A DNA stretch of 64,000 bases from assembly GCF_028641065.1 (NCBI RefSeq), contig NC_073401.1, positions 9,672,001 to 9,736,000 on the forward strand, read 5' to 3'. Position 1 is the first letter of the stretch, and each line of letters opens with the position of its first letter. The notes beneath the pieces were generated by a model, which was given only the letters and a program-made list of their open reading frames with translations, was not told the origin of the DNA and ran no database searches. Position numbers and translations under genes: made by a program. This DNA comes from Leucoraja erinacea. Lineage: Eukaryota. Below are positions 42,331-51,560 of the stretch, one piece after another.

Positions 42331-43219
42331 CAAACCCTAGACCCGAGGAACCCGATCTGTTTTCTTTTATTAAATCCTGTATGACAACACCAGTTTCTCG
42401 GTGAGATGATCAGGGAGTCCAGGCTCTGTTTGCTTAATGGCTGGACTTGTTGTGCGGTAAATAACACCATGAGCATAACCATCTTCCTGGTCTGTTACTG
42501 AGGTGACAACGCTGTTATGAGCTACAAGCTCCTCAGCATGTTGAGAAAACGACACCCACGTCCCAGATTTCGGAGTACCTGGTTTGCTTACCAGGGGTGC
42601 GCTCCCACCGCGTGCCGTTCCGATCCTTGTGATAGGTAATTGGAGAGTGCACTTGTGGCACTATTAATGGCACTGTAGCTCCATCGATTATCCTAATGGA
42701 GGCTTGTTAAAATCCCAATACGGCCAGAATGTTTTTGGCCGAGATTGTTGTCCAAGCAGTATATGCCCCATTTCTTGATGTGTCCAAGGTACTGCTTCCG
42801 TGTTGACAGTCTTAGTGCAGATGAGATGAGATTCATCGTCCTGTCTGACAGTATAGTGGGTCTGTTAGACTCTACAAATCAATAAATCCATAGTGTTATG
42901 GCATGGAGTCTCCAGTCACTGGATAAATCAACAATTTTTTTTTTTTTTTTTTTGGCAATGTTCATAGGGAACATGGTTCTAACACCATCCCCTGTAAGAC
43001 TGAAAACCATGATTGAGAAGGTCAGTCGGGTACTCTGAAAATTCCAGATGCCGAGTGTGGTTGAATTTACCCTAGTACCCCATTGATGGGTCCGAACGGG
43101 GGAAAACCTCACCCTATGGCTTATTTACATAACAATGCCAAGCTGGTTTACGAATTTTAGTACATAATATTGGGGCTAATGATTGCCCCTTTTGTAAGCT
43201 CTATATTGCCAAAGTTCCT

Positions 43220-43560
43220 CTATTGAGTCAATGCCTGCCATATAGAAACCCGCAACTGACACCAAGTCTTTATCAATAATAAGAGCATCCATCTTAAAAT
43301 GAATATCTAGAACAAATGTGTTTAGGGTTAAATCAATGATAATCCTGCAACCCTACTCTATTTTATTTTAATAAATATGTTCAATCCAATCTTTCGTGTA
43401 CAAATCTTGTAGCACCATGTGGGTTTTAGATTGTTTGGTTTATGCAAGGACAAAATGCCCTTCTGGTGTATGATGTACTGTGGTTATTGGGATGAGAAAA
43501 ACCCTATCAGATAACCCTGAATACTGCTGAGATTATATGAATCTGTAGTGATTATATACC
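43220..43560 (-). pseudogene. DIRS reverse transcriptase N-terminal remnant
   Basis: Fragments reading CRIIIDL..LNTFV..IHFKMD and YMAGID resemble DIRS RT motifs (RxIxDLxxLNxFVxxxHFKME; YMASIDL). Heavily frameshifted and apparently deleted downstream. Confidence 0.6.
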
Positions 43561-43749
43561 ATACATAACTGTAGTGTTGCAACCTCCCCTACCCTCGTAG
43601 GTCCCTATTTTAACAGAAGAAAATAAGGTTCTGGTTTAATATTTCTTGTTCGGGGTTGTGTGGGAGGTTTAGGCTTCCGCATCTTCCAGGGTGGCCGCCC
43701 TGGCCATACCCTAAAACGGATCCTGCAGGTTATATTGATTTCTGACACT

Positions 43750-44350
43750 GCTACTGGTATGAGCCACATTTTTTATGGCCTTGCCTGTGGCTGGTATCAT
43801 GCTCCAAAATAGGCCCTTGCGCTGGCCTTAATGAGCCCCAGTGTCTTGGCTTAGTCCACACACGGTTCTTTGTTTGCAAATGGTAGCATTTTTGGGGTCC
43901 TAGTGCTGGCTGAATGGCCGCCTTCCACTTGTAGTTCAGGTCATATTGCATATTATTAAACAGATCTAGTGCGTCTTGATGGTCTTTGGTTACCTACGTT
44001 TAGTCCAGGGTACGGGTGTGTGCTATGATGCCTTCCGTCAATCCCTTGAAGGTTCTCTGGATCTTGAGGTCCTGGTTCCTGATGTTCGTCCATATGCTGC
44101 CAAATGCATTGGTTTACACTGGGCACCTGTAATGCCTCACCGTTGCCAGGTGGCAGATGTCTGGCCAGTGTTTGTAAATTTTTTCCCTTGTTGGCGTATG
44201 TGGCCAGACATATAGTAATACTATTGCCATCCTGGATCCAAGTCTACCCATGTTTGACTTGGCTAAAGTAATCAGCCACCATGTCCAGCAGAGTCCCTGC
44301 TGTGTTAGGATCATGGGACGCTGTATTACCAGGCTCTGGCCCATCAGGGT
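43750..44350 (-). pseudogene. DIRS gag-like ORF1 remnant
   Basis: Position 5' of the RT remnant, and the peptide NMQYDLNYKWKAAIQPALGP..ATICK resembles the DIRS ORF1 C-terminal region. Interrupted. Confidence 0.4.
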
Positions 44351-45023
44351 CCTGCCTACTCTTTTTTATAGAGTTAGAGATCTCTAGGGTCCCGCACGGG
44401 GTACCCCTGTGGGGCTTAACTGCTGCCCACTAGTCTTTTGTTCTGCGGACCCCTCTTGCAAGTCAACCCAGAACTGACCCACAGTGCTCCCCTCTGATGG
44501 GGTAGAAGCATTGTGCAGCCCTCAAAGAGGTACTGCTGTGGTGTTATCACGTTGGAGCAAGGCTCCATACACCGCTTCTTCCCGCTCCAGCCCTCTCGGG
44601 CGCTGGTTGCCGGTGGTTTTATGCAAAGTCGGACCCTTCTGAGTCCACTACCTTGTTTAATTTGTGTCTAGCCTACCGCTCGGTCACATGGATCTGGCCG
44701 GTGCGGGGCCGACATCGGGCACAGCTGATCCCACTATGGTTGATCCAAGTGCCGCTGGCTGCTGCTGGCTGCCCACCTGTTCCATGGTCCTCCTTCTCCA
44801 GTTTTGTCCTTCCTTCCGTGAAGTGGATATGGCCGGTGAGGGGGATAACTGGCACAGCTGCTTCCATCTATTCCTTTAACCTGGCTTCAACGCTCTCAGC
44901 ACTCCTGGCTGCTCCTTTATCTTAGACCCCTGGGACCGACCCCCGTACTGACGGTACTGGTCCCTAGTGGTCGTTGCAGCCGGCCAACCCCACTCTAATG
45001 CCCTCAATTCTGGGCACTCCTAC

Positions 45024-45084
45024 TTATATGGTCCTTAGCTAAGGGACATATAAGACATTAAAACTGATGATAACAGCTACTATA
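45024..45084 (-). pseudogene. Second, degenerate U2 segment (~U2 nt 31-92) in tandem
   Basis: TATAGTAGCTGTTATCATCAGTTTTAATGTCTTATATGTCCCTTAGCTAAGGACCATATA aligns to U2 TGTAGTATCTGTTCTTATCAGTTTAATATCTGATACGTCC...GGACCATATA. Confidence 0.8.
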
Positions 45085-45090
45085 GTTTTT

Positions 45091-45188
45091 ATTTAATATA
45101 TATGGTCCGTAGATAAGGGGTGTATCAGATATTAAACTGATAAGAACAGATACTACACTTGCTCTTAGCCAAAAAGCCGAGAAGCGAT
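45091..45188 (-). ncRNA. U2 snRNA-derived sequence, 5' ~98 nt (3'-truncated, no Sm site), inside the DIRS element
   Basis: Minus strand reads ATCGCTTCTCGGCTTTTTGGCTAAGAGCAAGTGTAGTATCTGTTCTTATCAGTTTAATATCTGATACACCCCTTATCTACGGACCATATATATTAAAT. It starts exactly at U2 nt 1, has ~2 differences from the vertebrate U2 I recall over the first 67 nt, and keeps the branch-recognition GTAGTA. Confidence 0.95.
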
Positions 45189-48100
45189 TATTGTAACTAA
45201 AACCCCGATGGGACTGACCCTGGTACTCACATACTGGTCCCTTGTAGTAGATTGCAGCCAGTCAACTGCAAAGTCCTTTGCTGTCGAGAAATGAACTTTC
45301 TCACCATGCTGGAGCGAAGTTGGGCACAGGTGTTTTTCCCTCTCCGGGAATCGATGTGCCCATGCTGCTCCTGCCGTTGCCAGCTCCTCACGAAGTGCCA
45401 GCTGCCACTGCTGCTGCCTGTGCTGCTGCCGCTGTCTGTGCTCCTGCCGCTGTTAGTGCTGCTGCAGCTGCCGGTGCTCCTGCAGCTGCCGGCTCCCACT
45501 GCTGCTGCCGCTGCCGCTGCCGCTGCCGCTCCTCCGCGGTTCTCCCGCCGGCCTTACATGGACCTGGTCCATGTCTGCACCTAGAAGGTAAGTTGAAGGA
45601 AACGCAGGGTCTCTTACCTGCTGTTCCCGACTTTCCTTCTCCCGCTGGTGACCGTCGTTCCCTGTGTCGGGTTCGAGCCGCTTGGACCGACCCCGGTGTT
45701 CACGGGCCTGGTCCTTCGCGGCAGTTCCGCAGCCGGTAACCCCGGCTGTACCTATGGATCCCCTGGACCCTGGGCCTTACCTTTTGAAGAAGGTTTTCAG
45801 CCCGAACGTCCCGTTCCGACTCCATCAGTGCCGCTGCACTCGCTGAGTGTTCCGAGCCCCTCGCTGGTCCGAGCTGTCTGTCCCGCAGCCTCTGCGCTGG
45901 CTGCTACCGACTGCTCCCAAGCCAGTCTCGTTTGAGACTGGCATAGGGACCTTTTTTACTTTGCTTCCCGCCCGGCCGAGAGGTGAATTTTGCCGGTGCG
46001 GGAGCAAAGTCGGGCTCAGGTTGTTCCCCTCCAGGGAAACTCGTGCTGTTGCTGCTGCTGGCTGCTCGCCCTCCACGGGTCTCCCCGCCGGCTTTCCGCA
46101 GCCACCTAAAAGTAAGTAGTAAAAAAGGAACGCAGAGTCTCTTACCTGCTGTTCCCGACTTTCAAATTCTCCCGCTTGGGGAACGCCGTTCCCCCCTGTG
46201 TGACTCGTTGCAATGCGTGTAGCGATATGACACGCATGCGTGGAAGCGGGGTTCTTCACGAAGTCACTCACGTGACTCCGAAGTAAAATAACTCTAGTTG
46301 CTCCCCTATATTTTATGCACCTCTCTTCTCCCTCTTCCATAAAAAATCCACAGACTCTGCTGCTAGTAGCCCAGCTGGACTCGCTGCCTGACCCGCTGAG
46401 TTACTCTAGCACTTTGTGCATTTTGATATTGTTTTCTACCTTGTGTGTGTTCCTTCTGTAGAATTTTACCTTGTTTGGCACCAGGTACTTTGTATTCATA
46501 TGGTACATGAATCTCACTTTGTCTTGGCTCTTGCACAGCTCATCTTCTTCAATCCATTAACTTCTGATATTCTCTTCCTGGTGTAACCGTTGTAAAAAAG
46601 ATTTTTCAAATCTTACCATGCACACTAATTCAGGGTATTTCCTTATCAGCCACTCATGATGCTGTCTTCAAGCCCACTTGTTGAAAGCTAATAATTCCCC
46701 TGTCCCACTTAGGAAACCTGAACGGAAACCTCTGGAGACTTTGCGCCCCACCCAAGGTTTCCGTGCGGTTGCCGGAGGTTTTTGTCAGTCTCCCTAATGG
46801 TCGAAAGTGGTTTCCGTTTCTTCTATGTTCTATAGAAGTCCATATAAACCCCTCTACAGTATACTTGTTTACCTCCTCAAATAATTCAATCAGATTGGTT
46901 AGACAAGGTATACCCTATACAATTCAATGCTGGCTATCTCTAATTAGTTTCTGCCTTCCTAGTGATCATCACCCCTGTCCTTCAGCATGTTTTCAATCAC
47001 TACTGAAGTCCAGCAATTGCCAGGCTTTTCCCTGCTGCCCTTCTTGTACAGGAGGACCACATTTAGTTAGTAGACACAAAAAGCTGGCATAACTCAGTGA
47101 GTCAAACAGCATCTCTGGAGCAAGGGAATATTCCTTTTCTCAAGAGATGCTGCCTGTCCTACTGAGTTACTCCAGCTTTTGTGTCTATCTTCAGTTTAAT
47201 CTAGCATCTGCAATTCTTTCCTACACATCACACACCACGCTGACCATCAAGCACTCGTTCACACTAGTCCTATGTTATCTCACTTTTGCATCCACTCCCT
47301 ACACTTTGGGGAAATTTACAAAGGGCCAATTAACCTACAAATCCGCACGTCTTCGGGATGTGGGAGGAAACTGGTGTACCCGGAGAAAACCCATGAGGTA
47401 AAGGGGAGAATGTGCAATTTCCACACTGGTGATCAGCATCAAACTCGGGTCTCCACTGCTGTGAGGCATTGACTGCATGACAGATAGGCAGGATAGGCAG
47501 TTACTTAAACTAATAAAGAACGTTATTATAAAAAACAAACACTGCAAGACAGGCAGTAATTCTCTTGGTCAGCTTACAGGCTTCTCCACAGGTAGAGATT
47601 GGTGTGGAAAATTCTGTCCAATACATACAGAAAGCAGGCACTTGCAAAGTACAATTCTTAAAATTGTACCGAAGAATATTATTCATGCCACATACTTTGT
47701 GGTTTCTATTACCAGATAATTAGTGGACATTAATTCGTTTCAGCAATGTGTTTATCAGAATTTCAAAAATCTTATTTAGAGATTTCCAACTCAGGTGGAA
47801 ATTAGCTCAGAGAACTTTCAAAACTGCCTATTTCTTCTTACCTTACCTCAGGTAATCTTTCTATATTGATTTCTCCAACTTCAAGTAACCCTTGCATCCC
47901 CTCTTTCTCCGTCCCTCCCCCACCCTAGTCATTGTACTAGTTTCACTGTCGCCCTGGTGAGTTTCATTGCATGTATAACTCGTTTCACCTAACCCGAACA
48001 ATGTAGCATTTTCTTTATCATCCTTACTTTTTTGCATATCTTTCATTCATTTGTTCTATTTATCTCTCTACATCATCATCCATATCTCGCGTTTCCCTTT

Positions 48101-48332
48101 CCCGACTCAGTCTGAAGGGTCTTGACCCGAAACTTCTATTCCTTTTCTCCCGATGCTGTCTGACCCGCTGAGTTAACTCCAGCTTTTTGTGTCTATCTTC
48201 GCTTTAAACCAGCATCTGCAGTTCCTTCCGACACTTTCTAATTTAATACCCATCTTCACTCTCATTGCCAGTAGACGGCAGTGGGAAACATCTTCCTCCA
48301 GCTTCCCGTCAGTGTCCTAATGAATGAACCCG

Positions 48333-48660
48333 ATTGTTCCCGATGTTGGGGAAGTCCAGAACAAGGGGTCACAGTTTAAGGATACGGGGGAAATCTTTTA
48401 GGACCGAGATGAGAAAAACATTTTTCACACAGAGAGTGGTGAATCTATAGAATTCTCTGCCACAGAAGGTAGTTGAGGCCAGTTCATTGGCTATATTGAA
48501 GAGGGAGTTAGATGTGGCCCTTGTGGCTAAAGGGATCAGGGGGTATGGAGAGAAGGCAGGTACAGGATACTGAGTTGGATGATCAGCCATCATCATATTG
48601 AATGGCGGTGCAGGCTCGAAGGGCCGAATGACCTACTCCTGCACCTATTTTCTATGTTTC
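48333..48660 (+). mobile_element. CR1/HER1-like LINE 3' end
   Basis: Near-identical to 12803-13135. Confidence 0.85.
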
Positions 48661-50089
48661 GATGAACTTGGGCTTGGAAAATGGCAGCAAAACATTGTGC
48701 GTGCATGCGGGCTCAGTAGACTATTTCTGTACAATTTCTAATCGGGGATGGTATGGCAATACATTACTGGACGAGTCCGCGCTGACAAGCGATCACTCTA
48801 CACACTTGCACTATCCTCCACTCTAGGGACAAGTTTACAGAAGCAAATTAACCTACAAAATCTGTACGTCTTTGGAGTGTGGGAGGAAACCAAAGCATCC
48901 GGAGAAAGCCTATGTGGTCACAGGGAGAACGTACAAACTCCTTATAAGAGAGCATCTTTAGTCAGCATCGAACATGGACGTCTCGCGCTGTAAGGTTGCA
49001 ACTCTAGCGCTGTGCCGGCCGTGTCGATTCAAGGCTGCATCCCAGCAGACGCTGTGAGTGGGGAAACTATTACTAGGAACTAACAGCATTTGATCCATGT
49101 GTTGACTGATCACCCAGACCCTGTAGTCTCCCTCACCACCTCCTACTGGATGGGATGGAAGCTGCTGCCTCTCCATCTCTTTGGCTGCACAGCTCCATTT
49201 CGCCATGGTAGCAAACTAAACAATGGTCACCAATCTTTGAGTTTGAGCAAAGAGATGGGGAGCAGGGAGGTAGCAACTTCCACCACAACCAGCTGTGGGT
49301 CAGGTGACTAACTGGTACCACATGAAACAGTAGCTGGTAGTTTCCAGCAAAACCAACACTCAACGTGTTTGGTCGGGCAGTCTCCTGGCTGACCTCGCCC
49401 TTCACAACCAACATCTCTGGCACCAAATCTTGGGTATAAGAGTGCTAGCGGAGGACAAAAGTTTGTGCCTGTTTATAGCACAGTATAATTGTCGGGAACT
49501 CAGCTCACTAAAATATAATGCCATAATGATCCTCAAGGACCTGATCCCATTACTATGCTTGTTCTAGGAATGCATCCTTTACACCAAATGTGAACGGCAA
49601 CTACTTAATTTTGTTTTAACCAAGGCATGTGTCGTTTGTCAGATGCTTGAGTACTGCATTAATAACAAGAGTTTGAAGTTTCCCTGATATTAATTTGAGC
49701 TTTGGTTATTCAAATTTCAGCTGAGGTGGGAAAGGAAGGTGAATTATGAATAAAGCTTTGACAGGTATACCCAAAAGACTGATCTCAGTGGAAACCACAT
49801 TGTCATTCATTCTGTGAGCCTCCTACGAATACTACAAAGTAATTGGATCCTCCCAAACGTCATAGCAGATGTTAATATACACCCCAAGGAATTATTTGTG
49901 ACAAGTGACAAATAACTTGCTGAACATTAACAATACTGGAACAGAGCCCTCTGTAGTACATTGTCAATATTGTTTGCCCTAGTATGGAGCAATGCAGCCT
50001 GAGAGTTGAAGGGCAAACATGTTATTGTGGAAAATTAGCATCCATGCATATTTCCGTGTGTTTACCTCCCGAGTCAGCCAACAAGTTTG

Positions 50090-50520
50090 TTGGAATAACT
50101 TCCAGTCATTCAGTCCAACATCACACAAACCAACCTCCCTTCCATTGACTTCATCTATACTTCACGCTGTATCGGCAAGTCCAGTAGCATAATCAAGGTC
50201 CAGTCTCACCTTGGTCACTCCCTCTTCTCCCATCTCCCACCATGCAAGAGGTACAGCAATGTGAAAACACATACCTCCAGATTCTAGGGTAGTTTCTTCC
50301 CAGTTTGTTATCTGGTCACTGAACAGTCCTATCAACAAGAGCTACTCTCTACCTAATTGGACTATCTTATTCAAACTTGACTTTATCTTGCACTATACGT
50401 TATTCATCTGCACACTGTGGACGGCTCAATTGCAATCATGTACAGTCTCTCCACTGACTGGATAGCACGCAACAAAGCTTTTTACTGTACATCGGTACAC
50501 GTGACAATAAATAAACTAAA
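50090..50520 (+). mobile_element. Rex1-like LINE 3' end
   Basis: Reverse-complement homolog of 1725-2070, ending in gtacacgtgacaataaataaactaaac. Confidence 0.65.
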
Positions 50521-51415
50521 CATGGATCCCTTCCAACAAAGATTTAAGAGTTGGCACGCAAGGTAAAACTGAATCTTAGCCCCAATGTCAGTTCAATAAG
50601 TTTGGACAACCAAGCCAGAAATGCGTGTGGTCCTAGGTAACTTGCTGAGTTGACCAATGTCTCCTGTCATGATGAATGTGATGCCAAAATAGCTTTCACC
50701 ACACCAGATTACGGAACTACTGGAGACGAGATTTGAGGATGTCAACTAGATCGTTAGGCTGTATCTTCTGTAAGAAACGAGGGACAAATATTCGGCACCA
50801 ATGCTATCCCTCCACCCCCCAGTGAGATCTGAGAACATTTCATGTCCCTTCAGTTCACTCAAACACAGAACACAAACTAGTTTGAAGGGATATGGACCAT
50901 ACGCAGGCAGGTTGGACTAGTGTTGCTGGGACATGTAGGCCAGTGTGGGCAAGTTCGGCCGAACGGCCTGTTTCCAAGCTGTATGACTCTACAGTCACCA
51001 AATACATATTCTCCAACCTGAGAGGTTATAGATGGTCCCAAGGAGTACCTACTTACAAAAACCCACACCGGGTCCCCCTTTGTTCTCCCACCGTCCCTCA
51101 CAGCGGTCAAGTTAATTAATACCAAGTTCAAAGAAGTTGCATTCCTCTGGCAAGTTGCATTCCTCTGGTAAAGCTGCCTCATGGTCTTGTCCTAATCAAC
51201 AGTTTTTGATGCAGGTTTATACAATTAGGTTTATTTTTGAAAGTCGTTGCTATGCTAAGAATCATTTGAATGTGCAAATAAAACGTCTTTGTCAGGCCTA
51301 TAAGCTTCCAAGTGTATCAATTAGACTAAAATTCATCACTTAAAATCGCATCCCAGTAAATCACCAATCATGCTTGTTTTAATTATTTGATGGAAAAATA
51401 CATTTTTCTTAGTTG

Positions 51416-51560
51416 TTAGCCCCATTCAACATTAAGTGCAGTCTTCCAACCTCCAGGAGGCGGTGGGTGTAGAGATGGTGGTAATTCATGGGTTGAATGA
51501 TATCCTGGAGGTAGCCAATACACAATAGGCACATCCTCCTCCTTTTCTACTTCTACGTCA
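51416..51560 (-). CDS. ZMAT5: ZMAT5 (U11/U12 snRNP 20 kDa protein) terminal coding exon
   Basis: Minus-strand acceptor tttgttgcag|. Translates (S)DVEVEKEEDVPIVYWLPPGYHSTHELPPSLHPPPPGGWKTALNVEWG*, matching the ZMAT5 C-terminus ELPPSLRAPPPGGWP..VQWG. Minus-strand AATAAA at 51230-51235. Confidence 0.93.

Larger units (their letters stand above)
41440..46290 (-). mobile_element. DIRS1-type tyrosine-recombinase retrotransposon, non-autonomous/decayed, both termini present
   Basis: ITR core 46231-46262 is the reverse complement of 41516-41547. The internal complementary region 41662-41774 is the exact inverse of the right end (41440-41521, 82 bp) joined through a shared TATTTTA to the left end (46253-46290, 38 bp). 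YR, RT and gag-like remnants lie inside. No target-site duplication is apparent. Confidence 0.92.

Noticed and set aside
45064-45070. Plus-strand CTGATGA as a hammerhead core in the DIRS
   Set aside because: It is the antisense of the degenerate U2 segment, and no correctly placed GAAA and stems were seen.
45091-45188. A functional canonical U2 snRNA gene
   Set aside because: It lacks the Sm site, stem-loops III/IV, a 3' box and a recognisable PSE, and it is embedded in a retrotransposon.
45227-46340. Several 100-170 aa ORFs (poly-Ala, Leu-rich) as host genes
   Set aside because: These are GC-rich low-complexity DIRS leader sequence, open in multiple frames, with no recognisable protein family.
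852-49020. tRNA genes at GGTTCGATCC motifs
   Set aside because: All are SINE heads continuing into the V-domain, with no complete cloverleaf or terminator.
51134-51169. 18 bp tandem duplication aagttgcattcctctgg(c/t)
   Set aside because: Only two units, consistent with ordinary slippage; not an array.
45024-51560. Functional link between the U2 cassette and the neighbouring minor-spliceosome gene ZMAT5
   Set aside because: The cassette arrived with a mobile element, so proximity is most simply chance.
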